A stretch of 63,981 nucleotides of DNA, filler included, from Octopus bimaculoides (Eukaryota): NCBI RefSeq assembly GCF_001194135.2. It is 8 parts of 8 records of this genome, joined end to end, with 100 filler letters (N's around TTAATTAATTAA, not from the genome) between each part and the next. Parts side by side here need not be neighbours in the genome. Positions count along the whole stretch, not along the records: positions 46,837 to 60,283 come from NC_069007.1; positions 60,384 to 62,521 come from NW_026369344.1; positions 62,622 to 63,981 come from NW_026370012.1; 5 more parts are not named here. One strand, 5' to 3'. Both the position numbers and the translations under genes were made by a program. The notes under the pieces are model-generated. The model worked only from the letters and a program-made list of their open reading frames with translations, ran no database searches and was not told the origin of the DNA. Below, in pieces: positions 52,497 through 63,981 of the stretch (positions are counted from its first letter, which is position 1; every line of letters begins with the position of its first letter).

Positions 52497-52715
52497 AGCT
52501 ATTCTTTTCTACTCTAGGCACAAGGCCCGAAATTTTGGAGGAGGGGGCCAGTCGATTAGATTGACCCCAGTGCACCATTGGTACTTAATTTATCGACCCC
52601 GAAAGGATGAAAGGCAAAGTCGACCTCGGCGGAATTTGAACTCAGAACGTAAAGACAGACGAAATACTGCTAAGCATTTCGCCCGGCGTGCTAACGTTTC
52701 TGCTAGCTCGCTGCC
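52497..52715 (-). mobile_element. SINE family B (GGCGAGCTGGCAGAATCGTTAGCACGCCGGG... head; CTTTCATCCTTTCGGGGTCGATAAA core), near-intact copy
   Basis: Multicopy at ~890-1075, 15175-15350, 16165-16285, 21095-21300, 21580-21695, 23135-23320, 27880-28045, 30350-30535, 37885-38095, 45830-46040, 46470-46735, 50570-50780 and 53025-53240. Confidence 0.85.
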
Positions 52716-53967
52716 TTTTTGCCCCATAACTATTGCCAATGCAATTGTTACTATTATTATTACAACGTCTTGAAGGAATCGATCTGGAAGAATCGTTAGA
52801 GTTTAGAGAAAATGGCATTGCAGCATCCATTCTAGTTCTTCATTTTCAGAGTTCAAATTTCGCCAATGTTAGCTTTGACTTCCTACTTTGTAGCCGATAA
52901 AATAGAGTACCATTCCAGAGATGGTATTGATGGTTCTGAATAAAAACCACTTTCACTTAAAACTGCTGGATTTGTGCCAAAATTAGAAGAGATTATTATT
53001 AACATTAATAATTGTTGATTTAAAGATGGTGGGCTGCCAGAATCATTAGCACGCCGAGCAGAATGCTAAGCGGTATTTTGTCTGTCTTTACGCTCTGGGT
53101 TAAAATTCCATCGAGATCTGCCTTGCTTTTCATTCTTTCGGGGTCATTTAAATAAGTACCAGTTTAACATTGGTGTTGATGTAATCGACTTACACCCCTT
53201 CTTCGAAATTGCTGGCCTTGTGTCAAAATTGGAAATCAATTTTTGTTGGTTTAGTTGCCAAATTTACTCTATCCCCTATAGTCATTTCAAATGTTTGACA
53301 AAAAGACGATTATAGAAAAAAGAAATAGGTTCGATTTAATGAAAAACATTTGAGCCTAAGTGCAATAATCCTGAAGCCAAAAATAAATACTTTTAGCCGC
53401 TGAGAAATTTTATAAACATAAATAAATTCAAAATTTAAGTTTTGGAGCATATTTCTTCTGTAAACTAACAACGAAGTTTTCGATTCCTCACTGAAATAAT
53501 GAGGTTGGAAGTGGCAATATATATGTGTGTGTGAGTGTGTATGCGTGTGCATATGTGCGTGCACGCGTACCTTTAATTGCATGCGGCCAATCCAAGGTCA
53601 TTGCTCCATCCTGCGGTGAAAGAAGAATTTTGTACTAGAATCAATAACTTCTTTCTTTTTTGGATTGGTAGCAAAATGTTTAATTGAATAAATTGATGTC
53701 TCTAATATGGAGAAATCTATGGTTATTTATCATAAAAGTGAATCCATTCCATTTTTTTAAGAAGTCAAAATATGTTTGTTTATTGAAAGAGAGCCTCTTC
53801 ATGCAAGATTGCTGGGAGGTGGGTCCTTCATGTACACATCCTTCGTCGAAGGGGCGCCCCAATATCGAGGAGCAATCGTGGGGCAATCGCCTCCTTCGCT
53901 CCCTATAAATCCGACCCTGACTGCAGCCATTAACACGTTTGTTATTATCTTTGCCAATTTGATATCA

Positions 53968-55110
53968 GATGGAGATTTATTTATAAATCAGTTCTCACTT
54001 ATTCCATGTTCATTTATTAACTTCCTAAACACCGTCTATTTTTCTGGATTCCTTTATGTAATGACATTAGTATGAGATGGACTTCACCCACAACATATCG
54101 TAATGAGAAAAAGATCTCAAATCCATTCCTGAGTCGAACCCATAACATTTGATCTCCTGGGAGAAGACTTCCTTTGAATTTACTAAGAAACGAAGGACTC
54201 GTTAATTATAGTGGTACCACCTCAGACTTCACTTCTGTTTAGTATTTTCTTTGTTGATTTTGATTTTCTTTTCTATCTGAGATTTATATTCCTACTCCTG
54301 ACTTAGAACTGACCAAGGATACATTATCCAGCAATGAGACAGCCAGGATACCATCGTAATGGAATGAAGGCAGCCTGGTTAACAAAAGTAATGTTTCTTG
54401 GAGAAGGCAACAGCACACAAATATATTTGTAAACCATATCTTCTACTTTTATGATAAATAAAACGTGTGCCAACTTAGTTACTCGTTTTTTTGTTTTTTA
54501 ATAATGTTATGATAATAATTTCTATTGTAGGCAAATGACTACATATTTCAGAAAATATAGTTGGATGTCCAGACAGTTTTCCAGGATTCGTCCCCGTTTT
54601 CTGGAATTTGTTACGGCTTATAAACAATAGTTAGAGTATCTCGAAAGAATGCTTAGGGGGTGGGGATAATTTCAAAACTATGTTCTTATAGATATTTTTC
54701 AGTTTTGTTTCGTTTTTGTTTTTTTACAAGCTTTTCAGATATTAAAAAGTTGATTTAAAGTTGTTTTATTCAGTTTTTGTTAAAGTAAAAACATTCTTTG
54801 AACTGTGTTTGTGCGCTTCACATGAGAAAAAGTAAAAGTCATAACTGTGATCTTAAGGCTCTCTCTCCACATCACTGCAACCCCCAAACGAAAAGACTTC
54901 TTTTTACAATTTGCCCATTGTTCTTCAAAACAATTTGAGCAGGCTTTATGGGTAAGCCATTTTTTGTCTTGGTCTCCTAATTTCACGCCAAAGTAGGCAT
55001 AGTAAGATTTTTTTGACAATTTCAGTAATGTTCCTAAACTCTCCACAAATGTAACAAAAGCTAATTGGGCTTATTGACATTTTCTTGAAGACACCCTTGC
55101 TTCAAATGTT
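53968..55110 (-). mobile_element. Chapaev3-like (CMC) DNA transposon, internally deleted, minus copy
   Basis: FCYICGEF...KKSYYAYFGVKLGDQDK...HKACSNC...VMWRE N-terminal zinc-finger region, followed by a ~730-bp 3' region shared in inverted orientation with the plus copy. The family name is from recall of this transposase type. Confidence 0.65.
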
Positions 55111-55619
55111 GCGGAAGTCTGTAACGAAAGGGAAAGGGGACATTTTTATCAGCATATATTTGATTTTTCCGTTTAAATATATACATAATATGATTAAAGA
55201 AGCCTTCAAATATAGCGTACGATATAATAAAACAATGTGTGTAGCATATATATACATTGAAAAATGGCATGATGAAATAACTGGAAAAAAAAAAAGATGC
55301 GTTTTAACTTAAGCAATGTGGCATTGTAAAGCGCACCATTCTCTCCTCACTTCTTATAGCTGAAGCAGTCTAAATCTTGCCAGATGCTTATTTTCCAAAG
55401 CTATGACTATTAATTCTACTGTTATAGCCTATTTAAATATAGCAATTAATAAAAGACAGTAGTCAGTTTCGGACATAATGGTAAATTGCAATGATCGATT
55501 TTGTGAAGAAATTGTACGTGATAGGATAATTTCTTTGTAATGTATGAAATCGGCAGGTGAAAATTGATCAACTTTATCCAATAAATGTGAAGCTATTCTG
55601 TTGGTAGCAGACCTGTATG

Positions 55620-55975
55620 ATCTACCACATAGCATCATCAAACCTCCCGATGTACTAATGTGATGTTGCTACTCTTAACTAGTTTTCCTCTTTTCAAGGT
55701 TGCTTTGGCACATTTTTCTAAGCCAAATTTCATGTTTATTTCTTTGGTAAATCCGCGTAATGTCTGTAGTAGTCTTTCCAGCTGTTTATCATTTGTAGCG
55801 TACAGTTTTAGATCATCCATATACAACAGATGGTTGATTATTTTGCCGTAACAGTTGTATCCACATTCAGTTGTGTTTAGCATGTCAGATAGAGGTGTCA
55901 GTGCTATGCAGAAAACAAGTGGTGAGAGCGTGTCTCCCAGGAATATTCCATCTTCTAATGGGAATGGCTTTGGTT
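55620..55975 (-). mobile_element. Non-LTR RT fragment (R4/Dong-like)
   Basis: GDTLSPLVFCIALTPLSDML...INHLLYMDDLKLYA...MKFGLEKCA. Confidence 0.7.
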
Positions 55976-56029
55976 TTTATGAATCCTTCTTTTGTCTGAA
56001 GCAGTAGCACTGTTTGCCATTTACTCATG

Positions 56030-59000
56030 GAATGCTATGTATATTTTGATTATTGGTGCTACCTTGTTCATGGCTGATGAATACATGTGTGGGGAATACT
56101 ATCAAAAGCCTTTCAATAATCAATCCAAGCTTTCCTTCGGCTGTTCTTTTGGGATTCCAAAAGAGAGAAAAAGCCTTAAAACTACAATGCTACTTTTGCT
56201 CATGTGAGATGCAGAGACTATTCGAAGAGTGGGAAAAACATCGTTTATCCAAATCTCTCATCTTCAAATCTCTCATCTCCACGTGTTCCTCAATAAACCT
56301 TAATGACATACACTTAAGTTCTCAGTCAGAAGCCGAAATAGCTATGACGATGAAGTTTTCAATAACAGTGAAGATGAAGAACATCAACTATTCAACCGGC
56401 ATGAATCAAATGTTCTGGTGGAGGTCTTAGGGTTCGCAAAGGAAGAAGCAGAGCTTCTAGATTCCAAACTTAAATCCAGAAATCTTTTAGCTCCCCGCGT
56501 ATCTAACCGTGAAAAAGAAATTGTTCATAATTTTGCTCAGGGAAATTGGGTTTATTGTATAGATCCATCAGGACTAATAGGAAAGTTTGGCATAAGTAAC
56601 AACTCTGATGAATGGAAACTCTTTATTGACTCTTCAAAGAATAATCTTAAAGTTGTTCTTCTGCATAATGGTAATAAATATTCTTCCATCCCTGTTGGAC
56701 AAAGTAGGAAATATATTTGGAAAAGTCCGAGGCCTTAGAGTGTAAAATGAGCATCAAAATTATTTTATATATGACCATTTGGATTTCTTACCGGAAAATC
56801 TGGAGGATGCGAGTAAGAAGCAGGCGGGGGAGGGTTCATCAAGACAAAGAAAATAGAAAGAAGATATCAGAGAAGATGGAATGTCAATATGATGGCCGAC
56901 TATTGCAGGATGTTGCACCATAAATGTCCATCAAATGCTCTCAAAGGAAAAGAGGTCCAGGCGAAGAGATTTCGACATTCACATTCATGAGTTGAATTCT
57001 AAGTACACTTTCTTTTAAGCATTCTTGAGAATTTTGTATTCAGTTATTTTACGATTAAATGTAAAATTGACATTGCCATGGTAGTCTGCTAGAAATAGCA
57101 GCTGAATGACAAGATTTGTTACACAAACAAGATATATGTTCGTTATGATAAATTGATTTAGTTTAATTCACTCTCTACATGATATTAAATTCTGACAAGA
57201 CAGCAATACAGACGTTTATGAAGTATTGGTGAATACATTGGATTGTTAGTTGGTGAATGATATCAAGCTGTGATTCAGTTGAAAATGGGAACTGTTGGCC
57301 TTGAAGCTAACCATGCAAAGTTCAAATGCTGACCAACTACACGCATCATAAAACTAGGATCAAGTGAATATTCACAAAATAAATGAACTGTAGGTTTGTA
57401 CATTAACACAAACCAAATACAAAAGTTTTAAATCAAAGATGTGCGCTTTCGTATTTAAAAAACAAATTTTAATAAGACAAAAACGAATGTGGGAAATATT
57501 TTTTAAAAATGCATAGTTTTGAAATTATCGCCGTCCCAAAGTCCTCTTACGAAATACCATAACTATTGTTTAAAAGCAGAGGCAAATTCGAGAAAAGCAG
57601 GAAGAAAACTGTCTGGACATCCTACTATATTTTCTGAAATATGTAGTCGTTTGCCTACATTAATAATTATTATCATAACGTTATCAAATTAATCAAAATT
57701 GTCGTAAGCGACGGACGGAGTGTCCGTCGCTTACGACGTCGAGGGTTCCAGTTGATCCGATCAACGGAATAGCCTGCTCGTGAAATTAACGTGCAAGTGG
57801 CTGAGCACTCCACAGACACGTGTACCCTTAACGTAGTTCTCGGGGATATTCAGCGTGACACAGTGTGACAAGGCTGACCCTTTGAATTACAGGTACAACA
57901 GAAACAGGAAGTAAGAGTGAGAGAAAGTTGTGGTGGAAGAGTACAGCAGGGTTCGCCACCATCCCCTGCCGGAGCCTTGTGGAGCTTTAGGTGTTTTCGC
58001 TCAATAAACACTCACAACGCCCGGTCTGGGAATCGAAGCCACGATCCTATGACCGCGAGTCCGCTGCCCTAACCACTGGGCCATTGCGCCTCCTTAATCA
58101 GAATAAACAACAAGTAACTAAGTTCGCACACGTTTTATTTATCATAAAAGCAGAAGATATGGTTTACAAATATACTTGTGACCTGTTGCCTTCTCCAAGA
58201 AATATTACTTTTTGTTAACCAGGCCGCATTCATTCCATTACGACAGTATCCTGGTCGTCTCAATATTGGGCATATACTCTTCGTAATCAGGACGTGAAAA
58301 TACAAGAAAAGAAAATCAAAATCAACGTAGAAAATGCAAAACAGAAGTCTAAGGTCGTAACACTATTCTTTTATTCTTTTACTTGTCTCAGTCATTTGAC
58401 TGCGGCCATGCTGGAGCACCGCCTTCAGTCGAACAAATCGACACAAGGACTTATCGGTCTCTATGTCGAACAGCTAAGTTACGGGGATGTAAACACACTA
58501 TCATCGGTTGTCAAGCGATGATGGAGGAGGGACAAACAGACATGCACACACACATATACGACGAGCTTCTTTCAGTTTCCGCCTGCCAAATCCATTCACA
58601 GGGCTTTGGTCAGGTCGTGGCTATAGTTGAAGACATTTGCTTGAAGTGCCATGCAGTGGGACTGAATCCGGAACCATGTGTTTGGGAAGCAAGCTTCTTA
58701 CCACACAACCACGAGTGCTACATTTCTTTGTAAATTCAAAGGAAGTCTTCTCCCAGGAAATCAAATGTTATGGGATCGGCTCAGGAATGGGTCTGTGATC
58801 TTTTTCTTATTAAGATATGTTGTGGGTGAGGTCCATCTCATACTAATGTCATTACATACAAGAATCCAGAGTGGAGGCGCAATGGCCCAGTGGTTAGGGC
58901 AGCGGACTCGCGGTCATAGGATCGCGGTTTCGATTCCAAGACCGGGTGTTGTGAGTGTTTATTGAGCGAAAACACCTAAAGCTCCACGAGGCTCCGGCAG

Positions 59001-59350
59001 GGGATGGTGGCGAACCCTGCTGTACTCTTTCACCTCAACTTTCTCTCACACTACTTCCTGTTTCTGTTGTGCCTGTAATTCAAAAGGGCCAGCCTTGTCA
59101 CACTGTGTCACGCTGAATCTCCCCGAGAATTGCGTTAAGGATACACGCGTCTGTGGAGTGCTCAGCCACTTGCACGTTAATTTCACGAGCGGGCTGTTCC
59201 GTTGATCGGATCAACTGGAACCCTCGACGTCGTAAGCGACGGAGTGCCAACAACAACAGGAATCCAGAAAAATGGACGGTTTTTAGGAAATTAACAATAA
59301 ATGGACATGGAATAAGTGAGAACTGATTTATAAATAAATCTCCATCAGTG
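56030..59350 (+). mobile_element. Chapaev3-like DNA transposon, deleted plus copy, with three SINE insertions in its 3' region
   Basis: YMCGEY...CYFC, then AELLDSKLKSRNLL...WKLFIDSSKNNLKVVLLHNGNKYSSIPVG, then HLDFLPENL...VHQD...RWNVNMMADYC. Ends ...CCATCAGTG at 59350 (CAC on the reverse strand). Confidence 0.7.
58873..59259 (+). mobile_element. SINE family C (tRNA-derived head GGAGGCGCAATGGCCCAGTGG..., (CAA)n tail), full length with TSD
   Basis: A-box/B-box-like head, CAA tail and TSD GAATCCAGA (58862-58870; 59260-59268). Other copies at 42795-43147(-), 57716-58093(-), 63596-63850(+, partial) and 3403-3555(-, partial). Confidence 0.88.
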
Positions 59351-59959
59351 GCGCTGAGCAGAATATTTGCTGTAGCCCATCTTTTTATACGAAGACAAAA
59401 CAATGTACATGATAACACTTCCAATCAGTTAAGAACAGAAGCCATAAGAGCCACTGCCGAGGACGTATGGTCTAGTGTTTAGTGTGTTGCGCTCACAATC
59501 GGGACATCGTGGTTTCAATCTCTCGAATATACAGTGAATATTTCCAAGCAGAGTCATTGCATACGCACACACACACACACACACCACACATACACACACA
59601 TGTGTATAAGCGATCAGCGTATATTGACTAAAGAAAATAGTCTAATATATTTTTTTCTGTCAAGGGTTTATATACCCCAATATTAGCCTATTTTCTTTAG
59701 ATTGTACACGGTGATCTCTTATAAGCTTTAAGCTTATAATAATAGTAATAATAATAATAATAATAATTATTATTATTATTATTAAATTCAAATTACGATA
59801 AACATAAAACAAACAAACAAACGAAGTTTGGTTTTAGAAGCGTTGAGATGTCTTAGAAAGTTAAAGAAGTGATATTTAAATTCTCAATCGCAGGATAATG
59901 CTAATAATATAGCCTGAACAGGATAAACTACCCCTATTTTGCAGAAAAAAGTGTAGGTG

Positions 59960-60033
59960 GTTAGCTGTGGGACTCGAACTCACATCTCCGTGATTACGCG
60001 TCACGATGCTTTGACCGATTAAGCTAAAGTTCC
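59960..60033 (-). other. tRNA-like sequence (Thr-CGT-like pseudo-tRNA or SINE head)
   Basis: D-stem GCTT/AAGC, perfect anticodon stem CGTGA/TCACG around CGCGTAA, and T-loop TTCGAGT. The acceptor stem pairs poorly and position 33 is G, so this is not called a functional tRNA. Confidence 0.45.
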
Positions 60034-60180
60034 CCCACTCCAGATTCCTCTGCAAATTTAAGATGTATAGAAATCTGGCTTTATGAGATGCTATCATATG
60101 TTAAATTCAAATTACGATAAGCGTAAACAAACAAACGAACGAAGTTTTCTTTTAGAAGCGTTGAGATCATTATTATTATG

Positions 60181-60236
<56 letters not shown>

Positions 60237-62642
60237 CATTATTATTATTATTATTATTCAGTAGTTTTATTTTTATAACGTGCNNNNNNNNNNNNNNNNN
60301 NNNNNNNNNNNNNNNNNNNNNNNNNNNTTAATTAATTAANNNNNNNNNNNNNNNNNNNNNNNNNNNNNNNNNNNNNNNNNNNNTATATATATATATATAC
60401 ACATATATACATACATATATATATATATATATTTATGTGTGTGTGTGTGTGTGTGTATATGTATATTATGTATCTGTATAGACACATGCACACGCAAAAA
60501 TGTGACCTACAAAACCCACGCGATTGTATACCTCTCACATTGCAAGTCTAATACAGAAATTTAAAGAAATATCGGCAATTAACAGGAACACACGGCTCTT
60601 TACGCTGTATTCACAGTAACTGTTTAATGAGCAACTGAAATAGCACAAACGCTGATAGGAACACACCAAAACTTGCAAACTAACACACATATATAAATGC
60701 GTGTGTCAACAACAAACGTTTGTTGCCGGTCGATGTTTAAATCCTTATCTCTTGAAATATTTTAAGAATGCTCGTTACCGATTATATTTAAGAGAAATCT
60801 GAACGACCTCTTTACCTTTCTACAACTGCGATTGGCTTTTGACATATAATTAAAATTGTTGGTTGAAGCAAACGTAAATCTCTCACTTACTTTGACAGAA
60901 AAGACGGCATAGGAATATTAAATTATCCCGTTAGTGATTAATTCCCGTCAGTATAGGCATACATGAAGATGAAAGAACCGATTTTAAACATTACTGCACA
61001 ACTCAATTCAGATATTGCGCATTAATGTTTAGGACAGGTCTTCAAGTTTGACGATAAAATACAAGAAAGAAATAAATCATTGCTTTAGGGAAAAGTCTCC
61101 GAAGAAACTTAATACTAATTAGATTTGGTTAGATCTTCTTTACCTTTTCATGAATCTATCCTTTTTATCGTTTCATAAGATCCAAGAAGATAAAATACTT
61201 TTGCTATAAAGCTCTTTCATAAAATAACTACCTTCGGCTTCCTATAACTACGTAATTCACATCAAATTGATTCAGCCAGTTAGTATATTGCTGTTTGATA
61301 AGTCACACATAACTTAATCTTTCGGTGGAAGTTTATAACATTTCATATTAAGTTTAATGTGTCCCTAGAAGTACTTACATATTTTGAACTGTAATGGTTT
61401 CATGAATAAGAGAAACACTAACCTTGGTTTGAATAACTGCTAGTTAAAGACATCGATGAACCATAGAGCGCTACTGTACAATCTTGCTTCCCCACACTCG
61501 TACGTTTGCGGATACTACCATGTGAATATAAAGTAGCTTGGTCAATATTTAGCGTCAGTTGCAATACTATGCTGCCTTACCATTTAGCAGTGGAAATTTT
61601 GTTGCCCCAAATCAGTACTTTGTTCATACAACCTATTAAGAGAGATATTCTTGCTTTATTCTGCACACTTTAGCCGTATTATCTCACAGTATCACTTGCA
61701 TTGACAAACTTGGGTCCAGTTTTAAAAATACACAGACAAATGCAAGTGTTAATATATGGAATTGGCTGAATGTTTTAGGAGATAGAATATAAAACATCTC
61801 ACTGCTATTTAGAATCCTCTATGTCTATAAGCTTCAAGAAGTGTATATGAAGAATAAGAAGTGCCACCAAAATCATTAGCTTAAATACTGAGTCAGATGT
61901 ATGAAATTTCCTACCCGGGCGATAGTCACATAAAGCCGGTTTCCAGATGCTGTTGTATAAATATTCTCACCTGGATGAGAAATCGTTCCGTTGTAGGATT
62001 GCGCATTATTGACAGTTGACTGCACAAGTGAAATGTGAAATGAAATGTTTTGTTCAAGAACAATATACCGCTCAGTCCAGGATTCGAAACATAAACTTAG
62101 AATCACGTGTGCAACACACTACTGACTAAGCCACGAGCCTCCATATATATTGTGTAATACCTGTGAATATTAAAAGCTGAACTGAGATATTCTATGTACG
62201 CTATATTTTCAAAGAAGAAAAATCCATTCTGTATAAGTGTGATTTGATTCCAGCAATACTATATGCATGCGCATGTCTAAAGTTACAATGTTCTAGGGCC
62301 TGATTTTCCTTGTGCAATACTAGATGTGTTGCTCTCTAGGCAAGTGTAGCATACATTCTTATTATGCACATTAAACTGTTTATGGTATTAATGAGTACTT
62401 CGAAAGCGTTTCACCTGTATGGATTGGATGTTAATCGTAAACAATACATCTGCAAGCATTTCAATTGAGTGGATGGTTCAACTAGGTGAGTTTAAATTTC
62501 ACTTTCTATATTTCTTTAATANNNNNNNNNNNNNNNNNNNNNNNNNNNNNNNNNNNNNNNNNNNNTTAATTAATTAANNNNNNNNNNNNNNNNNNNNNNN
62601 NNNNNNNNNNNNNNNNNNNNNGAAATATATTTTATGGATAGA

Positions 62643-62691
62643 GTCTTACAGCTGTTTCAGGGAAAATCCAACGCATCTCTTCATCAGAGAC
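62643..62691 (-). ncRNA. Minimal type I hammerhead ribozyme motif, canonical CUGAUGA core
   Basis: Reverse strand: GTCT-CTGATGA-AGAGA...TCCCT-GAAAC-AGCT-GTA-AGAC. Stem II pairs at 4 of 5 positions. Confidence 0.6.
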
Positions 62692-63021
62692 AGAAATAGT
62701 AGAGTAATCAATTATTATATCTATAAGCGGAGAGTGAGTGTGATGCGCTGAAAAAAGAAAGAAAAAACAGTACTTGGAGTGTAGCTTCACTCAAGTAGTG
62801 AGTATCCATGTAAATAATCCTTGTGGGAATATCAGCCTTTGCTACAACAATTATCTCCGGAAAATTCCAATAAGGATTATTTACATGGTTACTTAATACT
62901 GGAATGAAGCTACACTCCAAGTACTGTTTTTTCTTTCTTTTTTCATCGCATCACACTCACACTCACTTCCTACTATAACTCTCCGCTTATAGATATAATA
63001 ATCGATTCTTCTACTATTTCT

Positions 63022-63069
63022 GTCTCCGATGAAGGGATGCATTGATTTTCCCTGAAACAGCTGTAAGAC
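63022..63069 (+). ncRNA. Minimal type I hammerhead ribozyme motif (Penelope-type), core variant CCGAUGA
   Basis: Stem I GTCT/AGAC, core CCGATGA, stem II AGGGA/TCCCT, GAAA, palindromic stem III ACAGCTGT, GUA cleavage triplet. Confidence 0.6.
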
Positions 63070-63981
63070 TCTATCCATAAAATATATTTCTAACTTTGCC
63101 ATTGTTCTCTTTATCCTTTTCTCTATTTATACATATACACGACTTATAATCCCCAATCCTGTTTATACAACAAATGGTGCAAAACTAGCCGGTATACAGC
63201 ACTTACTCGGTATTACCTGTATCTTTCGGTCTGGTTAAATCCAATACCCTTCTTAACCTTATATATATATATATATGTATGTATCATCATCATCATCGTT
63301 TAACGTCCGCTTTCCATGCTAGCATGGGTTGGACGATTTGACTGAGGACTGGTGAAACCGGATGGCAACACCAGGCTCCAGTCTGATTTGGCAGAGTTTC
63401 TACAGCTGGATGCCCTTCCTAACGCCAACCACTCAGAGAGTGTATATATATATGTATATGTATATATATATATGTATATATATATATGTATATATATGTA
63501 TATATATACATATCATCATTAAACGACGATGATGATGATGATGATGATATGTATATATATGTATATATGTATATATATGTATATATACGGCAGGGCAAGG
63601 TGGCGAACCTTGCTGTACTCTTTCACCACAACTTTCTCTCACTCTTACTTCTTGTTTCTGTTGTGCCTGTAATTCAAAGGGTCAGCCTTGTCACACTGTG
63701 TCACGCTGAATATCCCCAAGAACTACGTTAAGGGTACATGTGTCTGTGGAGTGCTCAGCCACTTGCACGTTAATTTCATGAGCAGGCTGTTCCGTTGTTT
63801 GGATCAACTGGAACCCTTGACGTTGTAAGTGTCTGAGTGCCAACAACAACATATAGACATGTATGTATATATGCATATATGTATATATGCATATATGTAT
63901 ATATGCTAATATGTATATATACATGTATGTATACATACATATATTTATATATACATATATGTATATGCACATATATGTATA

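Noticed and set aside
53776-53925. GC-rich 99-aa ORF
   Set aside because: It ends in ...ATAAATCCGACCCTG, typical of a non-autonomous DNA transposon terminus. No protein motif.
58873-58945. Functional tRNA genes at SINE heads (families A, B, C and 62070-62140)
   Set aside because: No complete cloverleaf; each runs into a SINE body and tail.
60889-60908. ATG CCG TCT TTT CTG TCA AA|gtaagt as a first exon (minus strand)
   Set aside because: Weak start context and no promoter-like motifs; within chance expectation.

Overview
AT-rich animal genomic scaffold, dense in SINEs, MITEs and microsatellites, with many N gaps. Seven gaps are 100-bp spacers (44 N + TTAATTAATTAA + 44 N). The repeat landscape suggests an octopod cephalopod; this is inference and no database search was run. 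Most ORFs in the supplied track are microsatellite, gap or repeat artefacts, and the real coding sequence is short spliced exons. Minus strand: three C-terminal exons of TBC1D32/Bromi (1264-4672), four consecutive internal exons of aspartyl aminopeptidase DNPEP (40575-45510), and a lone IMPDH exon (41435-41584) inside a DNPEP intron. Plus strand, missed by the ORF track: an array of three duplicated ~450-bp units, each carrying a phase 1-1 exon for a Cys-rich VWC-N/FN1-like module (two intact 114-nt exons, one frameshifted; 47533-50905). Transposon remnants include RTE, R4/Dong-like and Penelope retroelements, two Helitrons, two mariners, two head-to-head Chapaev3-like copies, hAT/piggyBac/pogo MITEs and at least four SINE families. 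Several fold-back elements carry minimal hammerhead-ribozyme motifs, including a near-complete inverted pair at 62622-63090. Best leads: the Cys-module exon array, the nested IMPDH exon (a potential poison exon of DNPEP), the inverted hammerhead pair and a perfect 51-bp inverted repeat.
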